64,000 nucleotides of DNA. Origin: Pseudovirgaria hyperparasitica. Lineage: Eukaryota. Both the position numbers and the translations under genes were made by a program. The notes under the pieces are model-generated. The model searched no databases and was not told the DNA's origin. It saw only the letters and a program-made list of their open reading frames with translations. The number at the start of each line of letters is the position of its first letter. Position 1 is the first letter of the stretch. The stretch lies in the NCBI GenBank assembly GCA_010093815.1, contig ML996580.1, one strand, 5' to 3'. Below are positions 12,764 to 24,232 of the stretch, in pieces.

Positions 12764-14004
12764 AGCAGTGATGTATAGCGGTGGATACTTTCAAGGATCT
12801 GCCCTGTTAGATCATGCGCAATAATTCGAAACCTGTTCAGGGTAGATTGCAGAGTCTACCTCTATACCTAAAAACAAACCCTACTTTGAGTATTTCGAAG
12901 GCAGACAGACTATACGTCAAGCGCGAAGCATAATCTACCAGGCATGAGCCGACACAACAGGAACTGCAAGGCAAGAAAGCAAGGAATGCTATGTACAGAT
13001 CACAATACTCTCATGTAGCCTAGAATACTAGAAGTCATAGTAATTCAGTAACCGGGACCTATGCTAGACTCTAGGATGGAAGTCCTCCAGGCTACAAATA
13101 GTTTTCTGCACCGCCGAGTATTATGTATCTGTTCTTCCGAGAGTAATCACTGCTCTACGTCATCCTACCGCCTGTTAACACGTATTTCGGCATGCGGATG
13201 GTCGATGGAAGGACTGGATCGACTCTGAAGATGTCAATAATGAAGAGCGCTTCGCTAGGTCCAGACCGCTCCTTGGAAGGAGTCCCACGGTGGGAAGACT
13301 TTCCATTCCAATCAGCGTTACCAGTCATGATGCATAATACTCAAACATCATATCCAGTCCGGGGCTAGAGCGGCTCGAAACGGAGGACAGTTCGTCGACT
13401 TGCACTCTATATTGTAGGGGAGAAGGCTCGTGAAGAGAAGTTCCTGCACCGCCACAGGGGCCGGAGCAGGAAAACGACGCTCTTTTGTACCCAGACCAGC
13501 CCCAGACATGACGCACATGCACCATCGGAAAGGACTCCGATCACATCGTGCAGTCATGGGCCCCGCTCTTTCGAACGCATTTAGAATATCGATAGACAGC
13601 TTGGCTGAGTCATGCATGGGCTTCAGGAATGCCATGGAGGGAAAATTGAAGCCTGCTGGCATGTGTAAGGCATTCCACGACAGCCACCACACAACCACTC
13701 GGCGTCCAGCAACAGGCTTGAGGCTTGATCTCGGGAAGAATCGCACATATGCGCCGCACAGAATGCACTCAATCTTGTATGAGGTAGGAAACCGAACTCA
13801 ACTCAACCTTAGAGACTAGGCACATTACCTTATGCCTCATGTTTGGACTACACATCGCAAGAATGGATTTCACATCGGATTTACGGGGCAGGGAGGTGCA
13901 AAGGAAGGGTAAGTATGAGAGCCATAGTACATATACGTAGTCTAAGCGACTGTACGTTATTTGACACGGCAGATAGTCGTGCTCTCATATCGTCGGTCCT
14001 TCTA

Positions 14005-14104
14005 ATCTTCTTATCCATCTTCTTATCCATCTTCTTATCCATCTTCTTATCCATCTTCTTATCCATCTTCTTATCCATCTTCTTATCCATCTTCTTATCC
14101 ATCT
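14005..14104. repeat. 12-bp minisatellite (ATCTTCTTATCC) x about 8
   Basis: Perfect tandem copies. Explains the spurious MDKK/IFLS ORFs. Confidence 0.97.
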
Positions 14105-14216
14105 AGTCCAATAAACCTCATTGTACAAGTTCTAATATGGGTCTTCTATGCAATATCCGCCCACTATCTATACGACCAAACATAGGCTCCATAATATTAT
14201 CAAACACAATACCATG

Positions 14217-15842
14217 TCACGCCCTTCCCCAAACCCTCTCCAACCGCACACACAACACACACGCCATGCCTGCAATGCCCGCAAGGAAGATTTGCACCGC
14301 TGCGAACGAGCCGACGGCCGTATGGTCGGTGCTCGCCTCGAGCGGCGCGACTAAGAGAGGCACGAGGGCACCACTGGCGTTGAGAAGCCCGACGCCAGCG
14401 CCGAATGCTACGGTGACGATGTTATTGGCGTCGGAGGAGGAGATGCGATCTTCTGGTTCGTGTGTGGCCGTGCTTGTGGAGAGTGTGCTCATTAGCATGG
14501 ACGATGAGACAGAATCTCGAAGGTCGTCGTCTGCGTGTAGATTTGCGTCTGCGCTGACGTCGACATACTCGGCAGCCCCTACATCATCGTCGTGGTCGAG
14601 CACTCTGCTATATGCCCCGCCGTTCATGTCCACAACCTTCTTGCTTCCTCTGCCCACGCTCTGCGCGATGCCCAGCCCGAAAACGGCGCCGAAGCCAGCA
14701 CCACCGAAGCCGAGCATGACTAACGGGACGACGGCACCCAGCGCGCGCACGATCATAAGCGTGTGTCCGAGCAGCAGACAGGCGCAAGACAGCATGGCAG
14801 CGCGAGGCACGGAGGCCCAAGGCTTACTAAGGAGGTGGCCGAAAAACGGGACAAAGAGGACAGAGAGCAGGGGCATGACGGACAGGGCAGTGCCGGCGGC
14901 GACGTCGGAGCCATCGTAGAAGGTGGCTGCAACGTGTCGCTGGGCAACGACATGGAAGCCGGCGATGGCGGCGTAAAGTGTGACGGAGACGTGGGCGAAG
15001 GCCCAAAAGCGCGTAGGTAGGGAAAGGATGCTAGTGATTATGCCGGTTTGGATGAGGTTAGGTGTTCGAAGGGAGTTTGTGAGTGGTGTGACGAGGTTTG
15101 ACGGGGACCTAGACGATGGGGAGATGACAATCGATAGTGAAGCACAGCTGAGGATCAGGGGAATAGTTGACACCAGGGTGAGGATATTTGTCGCAAAGGG
15201 CACGGAGTGGACGAGGAGACGAGGGGTTGCAAGGGACGTTGTTGCGCCGCCGAGGCGGGATGCATCGTGGAGCATGGCGAGGGCGAGAGCGAGATTTGAG
15301 TGTCTGCAATCGTCAGCCATGGCTCATCAATGGAAACCCAAATCTGCCATAGCAAATAGATGAAACGTACTCAAACCATCTTGTAACGAGATCGTTAGTT
15401 ATAACACCCGTGATCTCGCCTCCTAGCCCATATATCACTCTTCCCAACGCGATAATCCAGATCTGTCGTTGAGCGACGGCCCACGAGAAGATCACCTGAC
15501 CAAGCACCATACAGGCTGACGTGCCGATCAAAACATTTCGCTGACCAAAGCGAGTGACAAGCGGGCCGGTACAGAACGGCAAGAAGATGTTCGGAATGGC
15601 GAAGGCTGTGTATACGGCTGAGATCAAGAACTCAAACTGAGCCTCTGAGAGTCTTAGATGGTCGCGTAGCGGGACGGATAGTGTCGCAGGGAGTGTATAT
15701 ACTGCAACTTGTGAGCTCCTAGTTTGCTTAACTTGCTAGATGGCTGTTTCTTACTGACGTCGGCGCCCCAGTTGAGCACGCACGCTCCAGCGAGATTGAG
15801 GATTCGCGCTGGCCGCGCCCAGGAGGCTGTTGTGAGAGCCAT
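14217..15842 (-). CDS. Major facilitator superfamily transporter, MFSD1-like; 3 exons
   Basis: Spliced model MALTTASWARPARILNLAGACVLNWGADV/IYTLPATLSVPLRDHL...VYTAFAIPNIFLPF...GRVIYGLGGE...TRWFE/HSNLALALAM...SRLG. Many hydrophobic helices, and the motif pattern resembles MFSD1-type carriers. Confidence 0.8.
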
Positions 15843-16191
15843 TACAGAACTCTTATAATCAGTGCGGAATGGTATTCAACATCTCGCTCGTACGGCCCCC
15901 CGTCTCTACTTGGAAGTTTAGCATAAAACTTGAGAACGCTCGTGACCCGTACACGAGCGCGGTGAGACAGACAGGCGAAGAAGTTGAGATGCAGGTTGCA
16001 GCTAGCCACAGCTGCCAAGATAACCTTAGCGGGAGATGAGCTGCAGCTAAGCCCCTAGGACTGCTTCGGACCGATTATGTGAAACATCTTGCTATCATTG
16101 AATGGTATGACCAAATCCGAATAAGGGCAAATAGCTTCTCGCTCCGAACGCCGTGAGCTTCTAGTAATGCCTTCACTTTCCTCCGAAGTAG

Positions 16192-18620
16192 TCATCGCCC
16201 AGGAGGAGGAAAGGATTTATGAAGTACCTCATCGGGAGGTGGAGGAGCTGGACCAGTTCCCATAACTCGCATAAAGGCGTATATATCCATGTTCAGAAAG
16301 TCGTAATCATTCGCGGGACTCGGATAATGCGAAAGGGCTTCACCAGTACCAAGCAAGCTTTGGTTCATATCGGAATCGACGGCAGATAGCGACTGTGGTA
16401 CATCTTGGTCGGTTGATAGCTGCGGTTGAAGAGACGAATCTGGGAAGTAACCGACATTTGTAAGTCTGTCGTTATCATAGCCTGTCCAGTCATGATCTAA
16501 CTGGGTAGTAGGCTGTTGAGAAAAAGAGGTCGAAGGGCTATGTGCCGGCACCTGATGGGGGCCATACTGCTCGTGCTGCTGTGGCGGTCGCGCTTGTGGT
16601 GTCTGCATCGAAGGTGTAGTGTTAATTCTGCCTATGAAACCATGCTGCTGAGGTTGGTTTGTGCCAAGCCAAAGCTGGGAATTGTCTGTAGGAGTTGGCT
16701 CAAAAGCTAAGGGGTTGGGTTGAGGTATAGTTGAGGTAGACTGCTGGGCGCTGTACGTGCGACGGACCGGGACGACTGACGGCGTCAGTGACAAAAAGTC
16801 ATTGCTTACACTTGGTACTGGCAGACTTGAAGATGAAGTAGGATCCAGATTATGCGGAGACTGCTGCTCAATCTTTTGGATCTTCCGACGGAGAGGAGGA
16901 CGCCGCGGGCGAGTAGTGGTCATTTGTTGGTCTTGTCTCGAAAATGAGCAGCGTTCAAGTATTTCTCTGAAGATTGTAGGGACGTGGTCTCGTAAGAGCG
17001 GTCCATACTCTGCTTCATCAAGCTGCAAGCCTGTAGCGGCCAGCGTCCTCCTGGCGATCTCAACTCCTTCGGTCTGCAAGAACTCATTAAGTCCGTCTCT
17101 GACTACAACGATACGTGTATGATCTACATATACACTGGCCGGACGCTCCGCATTTGGGAATATGATACGATAAATCTCGTGCCACTGTTCAGGAGGAGTC
17201 ATTGAGGAAGAGGCATTTGGTTTGAGCAGCGCCTCTTGCTCTGCTGAAATATATTGCCAGTTCGGTCTTGGACCCGCCACTGACACACATCTACCTTGCT
17301 CTGTGTCCATGTGGGCGTACATGAGATCTAAATTGTCAAATATGACGTTGCAATATGGGCAATGGTAAGGCCTGAGATGACGCCTGTTCCTGAACAAATG
17401 CTGTTTCAGATGGGCAATGGTGTCGGCCCCGTATCCCAGACAATCTACATGATTGCTTGGGTCATACTTTGCAAATGGGCAAGCCAGTCTGTGGCCAACT
17501 GCTGTTGATCGTGGTCTGGCGTTGCCGCGTGGTGGGCCTTGTGAACCATCGTCGTCTCCATCCTCATTTTCTTGACCATCATCTCTAGCCTTTCTTTTGG
17601 ATGACGACGAGGCTTTCGAGCGCCGTGTAGCTGACTTTCGGGATGACTGGTTGGACGCAGGATTTTTAGAAGATTTGCCATGAGTCTCTGTATCGCAAGG
17701 CTCTTCGCTAGGTGCTGACTGCCGGGACCACCATTGGGCAAAGGCAATAATAAGAGTACTGATGATGTGCTCCGTCCAAGGTCCAAAGACGGTTGACAAA
17801 GACTTTGGTGTGGCGCTATCCTGGTATTCCCAAGACGCCTCCGTGAGCTCTGACGCGGTCGTGATGAGCTCGTAGCCTTGCGGACTCCTGAGAGCAGTAT
17901 CTTCCGAGGACAGGGGTGTATGCTCATGGGGTGACGGGGTCAATACAAGAGCCGACCGGCTGGAGGATGTTGGGCTGAAGGCAGTTGCTAGTGGTGGATG
18001 CAGCGCTGTGTCATCCAGAGACTGTGGGTCTGAAGAAGGAGGTTTTTCGATCCGGGGAAGGACCGTAATGTGATCGCCTCGGCGATGAAAGGCAAGCACA
18101 AGACATTTCTTCTGGTCGAGATGATACTTGAAAGAGTGAGATATGCTGTTGACAGTGTTGATATGATTGCAACTGGACTGACCTTGTAAGCCTTCTGCGA
18201 CGAAAAAGTACGTCCACAATCGTCGCATTTGACTAGATTGAGTCGACAAGCTAAAGTTCTGTCGATAGTATGGCGATTCTTGTGAGGCTCATACTCCGAG
18301 TACCTTAGACTAGAGCCACATTCGTCACACTCGACAAACAGCTCGTCAGGATGAGTATTAGGCCGGCAAGAGGACCATTGGGCAGAACCCGTAGAAGGCT
18401 CTGACACCAATCTGCAGAGGAAGTAATTCCATCTCTCTTTCTCGGGTACATTGAAGCCAGTGATCGGCTTACGGTCGACAACAACAGGCTGGCTCTCCTT
18501 GTCACTGGACTGGGACTTGGACTGTAGTGCATTTGCATCGTCTTTTGGCGACTTTGATTTGCTTTGCCGAAAGGGAAGAGGGAATGGAAGAGCTGACGGA
18601 GGGAGTTTGGAGTGTGACAT
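16192..18620 (-). CDS. Fungal C2H2-type zinc-finger protein; 2 exons
   Basis: CDECG...HKNRH and CDDCGRTFSSQKAYK/YH fingers joined by a GTCAGT..AAG intron. Central ACPFAKYDP..C..HLKQHLFR..H..HCPYC..H module followed by WHEIYRIIFP. S/Q/P-rich tail. Confidence 0.8.
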
Positions 18621-19749
18621 GGCGAGCAAATATCAACAGAAGAGGGATATAATAGTGACAATTGGACTCAGACACTACGATATAAACAACCTAGAGTCCA
18701 AGAGAAGTGACAGCAACGAGCTGCTGGTACTATGTAGGTATATATGAACACTAGCTCTCTGTTTCTTACCCCTGCCCGCTTCACTCTCAAAAGAGCCTCA
18801 GGCTGTCACCAAGGCTGTATGTGGTGGCTATGTAGCCATCTCCCACAACAGTGCAACACCTACAGCGTGCGAATGCAAACCCTGCAACCAATAATACATC
18901 TAGATTTAAGCGCCCAATCTAATCTGGCAAATAGACCTCTAGCTCTCTTGATCTTATGTCGACAGTCCCATGGCCTCGTACACTCCTTATGGCGGTCGTC
19001 GCGGTGGCAAAAACAAGATAACGGCTGCAGAGTCGCACAAGGGCCGGTCAGCGTCAGTCGAAGACCGATACGTATACATTCCTACTACACACATGGGTTA
19101 ATAACCCCTCCTTCACTGCCAAACCTGATACTCACCCATGACATCTCACCCGCAACACGGACTGCTCACTATACCATGAAATTTCGAAACCACACGCCTC
19201 CTGACCCTTAGCTAGACACACCACTAATACTACGTTCGAGTGGGACAGTGCTCATTCCTTCGTCTTCTCTTAGGATGTATTCATAAGAACTAGTCTTGCT
19301 AGGATATTGATATGAATGTGTATAAACAAAACAAATGTGTCTATATACGAGCATATGCACTAGTATTGATATATCCTATCACACTTTGCTATGATCTCTT
19401 TGTACATCTCAGTACGTCCCATCTAGCGTCGGATATATTAGTATTGAGAGGCCCATAGCTCGACACACTCACATAATGGGAAGCTGGAAAACACATAAGA
19501 ATGCAGACGCAGGAGTGGAGATGATGCATTGTAAGTTGATGCTTATGTATGGAGTAAAGGTAGAGAGTAATGGCGATAAAGAATCGAGGGGCTTCCTATG
19601 TGCGTGAGACACAAAGGGCAAGGCTTCGACATATTCAACACTGCCATAATTATCCATAATTGATATCCATAGCCTACTCTGCTCTGCTACTGTCTATATG
19701 CCAGACATGACACCTGGAAACAGGGGTATAATGCAGCCATAACTGGCCC

Positions 19750-20760
19750 TCACTTCGTTTCTTTCTTCTTCGATGACACAGCAGCAGCCGGGCTTTCGTC
19801 CTCGTCCTCTTCGTCCTTATCAACGTTTATCAAAGGGGCCTGCGCCGCCTCTGGCACTTTCGCAGCGTCCTTGCTCCCGTTGGCAGTATCCGCAGTGTCT
19901 TTTTTCGTCCCCGCGTCGGAAGATCGCGAACTCTGTGCGGCACCGTTAGCACTCTCATCAGCCTCTTTCTTATGCGCATCTTTCTTCGTGGCCGGACTCT
20001 GATCTTCTGGGGGCACAGGGGCTGTGGGCGCGGCGACAGCGCCCACATCTGCAGCCTCGGGCTCAGGGGCCGTCGGGGCGGCAGCAGGCGACGATCCTAC
20101 CGGACGAGCCCTCATGGCCATGGTGGCGTCCATGGCACCACCGCCCTGGTGCAGCTCAGGGTTGCTCTGTAGGTGGTTCTTGATAGCGCGATCGTACAGA
20201 CGCGTGAGGCGGGCGACCTCGCTGCGCACGCTGACCTCGTCGACGTCGATCTCGTCGTAGCCATGTACACCCTTCTGTATGCCCAGCCACATGATTTCGC
20301 TATTTTCTATCTCATCTACGACGCGCTCGAGGTCGTCGCGGAACATGCGAGCGCGCATTGGCTGGCCGCGAGAGCGCAGATAGGTGACCAGGCCTGCGAT
20401 GACGGTGTTCAGGGCGCCGAGGAAGGCAACAGTGACGTGGCTAATGTTGGCGGCACCGAGGGCGGTGAGGGCTGCGCCGATGACGATCTGGCTCAGTAGC
20501 ATCGTTGTCGATAGAGCGGCGGTGAAAGCATACGTTATCTCAGTCGTGGACCGCTTCCGGCGGGCTCGCTCATAGAGGGTGTTGCGTGATGGCTTGGCAT
20601 AATTGGCTCGTTGTTCTGGGGTCAGATTGCACGGAATCAGACCGACGAGGCGACAGTATTGCTGGTGAATGTCTGAGGAGGATGAGTCCGAAGTGCCGTA
20701 CAGCCAGTCTCGATCGCTGTCGTCGAGAAGGGGCGCACGTTCAGAGTCGCCGGTAGGCAT
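19750..20760 (-). CDS. Two-TM SLATT (SMODS/SLOG-associating 2TM) fungal-type domain protein
   Basis: Single-exon 336 aa ORF. Two helices LLSQIVIGAALTALGA / VAFLGALNTVIAGLVTYLRSRGQP followed by R..L..V..EIE, the pattern I recognise for the SLATT_fungal family. N-terminal ERAPLL acidic-dileucine-like motif. Confidence 0.8.
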   Translation of the reverse strand: MPTGDSERAPLLDDSDRDWLYGTSDSSSSDIHQQYCRLVGLIPCNLTPEQRANYAKPSRNTLYERARRKRSTTEITYAFTAALSTTMLLSQIVIGAALTALGAANISHVTVAFLGALNTVIAGLVTYLRSRGQPMRARMFRDDLERVVDEIENSEIMWLGIQKGVHGYDEIDVDEVSVRSEVARLTRLYDRAIKNHLQSNPELHQGGGAMDATMAMRARPVGSSPAAAPTAPEPEAADVGAVAAPTAPVPPEDQSPATKKDAHKKEADESANGAAQSSRSSDAGTKKDTADTANGSKDAAKVPEAAQAPLINVDKDEEDEDESPAAAVSSKKKETK

Positions 20761-21794
20761 GGTAGGATAATTTGAAATGATACGAGGAACAGAACGCTCA
20801 ATAGGAATTGCGAGGAGCGCTTAATTGCAGGAAATACGCTGAGTACAGGAGACTGACAGGAAACGAGAAAGAGATGCGCGAGGACAGAGGAAGGGGACGG
20901 ACAACGGAGGTCAAAGACAAGGAAAAGGAGAAACGAGGAAAGAGGGTTCATCTTATCGCGCCCCACGAATGTCCGCTCCTTACGCTGAGGCCAGCAGCGC
21001 GCCTTAGCACGATCAGCGCCGCTCAGCTCCAGCCCTCAAGTCGATGCGGAGATATGTAGGTACATATGGAATCTGTACGGTCTAGTGTGCCCATGACTCG
21101 GTGACGGAGCAACGAGATCGAGGCGGCGCGTGATAGGTAATACAGAAGTAAGTGTATCATGCGTGGTGGTTCGTGGTGTTTGTGCAATGTCGACGAATGG
21201 ATAAGGTTGTTTTAATCTATCCATCCATCCACGCCTGTGGTCCCCGCTTTTCAGATCTGTCCCGCTTCCCGCCCGATGCCCGCACCCGATCTCTTCCAAG
21301 AGACATAGTATTACATGTTGATATGGAACAACAACACGATAAATAAGAGACACTGATACACCATGCTCATGCTCTACGAGAGTCTATTACATTCACAGTA
21401 GTAGGGGTCTTAACCTTTCTATACCTCTATACTGTCTATGTTGCTCATGGAGATCCACGTATCTTTAATCATATAGTCGGAATAATTGGGTACGCCAAGC
21501 AGTTATCTAGGCACACTTGCGGACGGGCGACCGAGCCAATCCCATAGGTGCATATGATTAGATTCAACAGGGCAATAACATAGACTCGTAGCAGAAGTGT
21601 AGACGTAGATCAAAATCTACCCCAGTGTCCCGTCGAAAAGGCCTGGATACTTCTTCATTGGTTGCCTTCTTTGCGATGCTTCATAACCATGGGAGTTCAT
21701 GCTTGAGGATGATCCTTTGCCTGTGGTATAGGTTTAAGTGACAGACTGCAAATATAACCATCCGGATGTTCAAGACCCTGATTCATAGTCCTCT

Positions 21795-23966
21795 TTACGC
21801 CTGAGGCCCAATGTATTTATCACACCACCCCTTCACCCGCTTCACAAGATCTATCCAATGCTTCTGCTCGCCAAACGCATGCGGCTCCCTTGGGTACGTC
21901 ACAAATGTATGCTCCAATCCATAACTCTCCAGCGCTCTCCTCATGCCCCAGGCTTGCGTGATTGGACATCTCTCGTCCTTCTCACCATGCAGCATCAACA
22001 TTGGTGGCAAGCCCCTGTTCCACATTCCCTTCCCCCTTTGCATCGCGCCGTCAAACTCCCACAACGCACTCCCACTCCTACTTGTGACGTCCTCCTTACT
22101 ACTTCGCCATGGCGTAACCCCCGCTAGTTCCGACTCAATCGACGCGCCCAGATCAGATGTCAACGCCATTGCATCCCAGTCTGTGATCCCTGCACCTGGT
22201 ATACACGCTTTCCACATCCACTTCCTCTCAAAGCCTTCCTCTTTGAGATTGTTGTTGCGTACAGCGCATAGGTAGCTGAGGAATCCGCCCTGGCTCCATC
22301 CGCCGACGACCAGCTTGTGCGCATCCGCGTAGCCGGAGTCGATGGCGCATTGGGTCACAGCAATGATGTCGGGATACTCGTATTGTCCCATGCCGCCGCA
22401 AGCATATTGTGCGAAGCGGGCGCCGTAGGAAGAGGAGCCGCGGTAGTTTATGAGAAGGATCGCGTAGCCATGGTGCAGAAGGTATGGGGCAATGTAGTAG
22501 TAGTAGGCGTTGAAGCGGTCGGTGTTGCGGTCTGTTGGGCCACCGTGGGGGAGAACAATGGTTGGGAGAGCGTGTGTTGGTGTACCGTCGCTAGTGGTGT
22601 GCTGCGCCGGGGTAAGGAAGATGCCGTCGAGAGACTCTTTGCGGTCGAATGAGCGGGTTTTGATAACAGTGAATGTTCCAAAGCGCTTGGAGACGAAAAG
22701 TGAGCCGTGTTTTGATAGAGATACTGGTGACGAAGGTGAGGCTCTGGCTGCAGAGGCCATATCAGCGTTCGGAATAGCTGTGTACATTGCTGTGTACACT
22801 TCAGAAGGTGTGTTGATATCGGACTTAACAAAGGCGAGAATGGTCTTTCCTGTAGTTGAATCGAAGGCCACATCCCATTCTTTGATATCATTCTGGTACG
22901 ATAGCATAGTTACACCCCCAAACAGCTCGAAACACGTATCGAGAGCACGTTGTGTTCGGACCACAATAGTATCTCTATTAATGATCTTTGACTCAGCTGC
23001 GTCATCGACCTCACCATACGCCATGTGCTGGGGCTCCGTTTTGCCTCTTACGTCTACCTTATATAGCGCCGTCGCCGCAAGGTTTCCACTGGGGAACGAA
23101 GTAATGAAGTGGAGCATCCCATGGGATTCCCACGACAGGCTCTTGATCTGCGTATCACAAGTACAGAGACGTTCCAAGCCGATTCCTTCTTTGCTCATGA
23201 TGCAAATTTCACTCCCGTAGATGAACTCGTGTTCCAGGTACGGCGTACGTGCAGTCCATATTGCCAGGGACTGACTGTCTGGGCTCCAGCAAACACCCAG
23301 AACGTGATGATTCTTAATCCTGGCAGCCTCGTGTACATCAAAATTGAGCACTGTAATCTCTCCAGTCGCGATGTCAAGCAGCCGCACTTTGTTAAAAGCC
23401 AATTGCTGCCCCCAGACTGCCGCATCATCCTTCATTTCCTCTCTTTCCTTTTCTTCCTTCGTCTTCTCGTCTGCACTAACAAACGCGATGCTTGTTCCAT
23501 CCGGACTCCATTGAAGAGCCACGATTTGGCGCTCGTTCTCGGTATTTGCAGCTGAGCCTGGAATAGCCTCCCCTCCATCTTCGATTGGAAGAATATAGAT
23601 GGCACAGCTCTTTCCTGGCCTCGCGCGGTCAGAAAGGAAGGCAATACTCTTTCCATCGGGACTCCAGTGTGGCTCGAAGTCATTATACAGTCCAGAGGTC
23701 AGCTGACGAGTGGAATCCTTCTTGTCTGTGGCTGCCAGCCAAAGAGTAGAGCGAGGATGTTCACCCGTACGATGGCCCCACTCCAACGTAGTGCAGTAGG
23801 CAACTTGTGAGGTATTAGGAGAGACTTTAGGTGTTTTTGGAACCTGGAGGTTCATAAGGTTGTCTATGAGCTCGTTATCTGCAATCGAACCCATGCTTGC
23901 AGCAATCGAAGTCACTCCGGGAGATGCAGACTGGATAGGATTTCTGTTGACATAGTTTACTGTCAT
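21795..23966 (-). CDS. S9-family serine peptidase (acylaminoacyl/dipeptidyl aminopeptidase-like) with TolB/PD40 beta-propeller; intronless
   Basis: WSPDG repeats, PHGGP, NYRGSSSYG, nucleophile GWSQGG, Asp in HGEKDERCP and His in YPREPHAF. Confidence 0.93.
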   Translation of the reverse strand: MTVNYVNRNPIQSASPGVTSIAASMGSIADNELIDNLMNLQVPKTPKVSPNTSQVAYCTTLEWGHRTGEHPRSTLWLAATDKKDSTRQLTSGLYNDFEPHWSPDGKSIAFLSDRARPGKSCAIYILPIEDGGEAIPGSAANTENERQIVALQWSPDGTSIAFVSADEKTKEEKEREEMKDDAAVWGQQLAFNKVRLLDIATGEITVLNFDVHEAARIKNHHVLGVCWSPDSQSLAIWTARTPYLEHEFIYGSEICIMSKEGIGLERLCTCDTQIKSLSWESHGMLHFITSFPSGNLAATALYKVDVRGKTEPQHMAYGEVDDAAESKIINRDTIVVRTQRALDTCFELFGGVTMLSYQNDIKEWDVAFDSTTGKTILAFVKSDINTPSEVYTAMYTAIPNADMASAARASPSSPVSLSKHGSLFVSKRFGTFTVIKTRSFDRKESLDGIFLTPAQHTTSDGTPTHALPTIVLPHGGPTDRNTDRFNAYYYYIAPYLLHHGYAILLINYRGSSSYGARFAQYACGGMGQYEYPDIIAVTQCAIDSGYADAHKLVVGGWSQGGFLSYLCAVRNNNLKEEGFERKWMWKACIPGAGITDWDAMALTSDLGASIESELAGVTPWRSSKEDVTSRSGSALWEFDGAMQRGKGMWNRGLPPMLMLHGEKDERCPITQAWGMRRALESYGLEHTFVTYPREPHAFGEQKHWIDLVKRVKGWCDKYIGPQA

Positions 23967-24232
23967 TTCTATTTATTCTCTGTTGTTTGCGTGACACATG
24001 GAGAAGTTGAAAGCTGACAAGGTCTGTTAGATTGGGGGCTAGTGCTGTTGACGAGAAGTCGACGTTCCATTATGGTTTTAGTGTGGCACAGCTCTACCAA
24101 TGACAGATCTGTGACGGGACGCCTACGCCGATCCATGCCGAACAACATCGAACATAACCCATACGAGCCTTCATCCAGTCTACATAACATCTATCAACAT
24201 TCTCTTGGGATCAACTGTCTCTCTTCCCCAGC

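Noticed and set aside
13843..14106. ORFs with MDKK or IFLS repeats resembling a repeat-peptide precursor
   Set aside because: Perfect 12-bp DNA repeat with no synonymous variation and no signal peptide; a minisatellite artefact.
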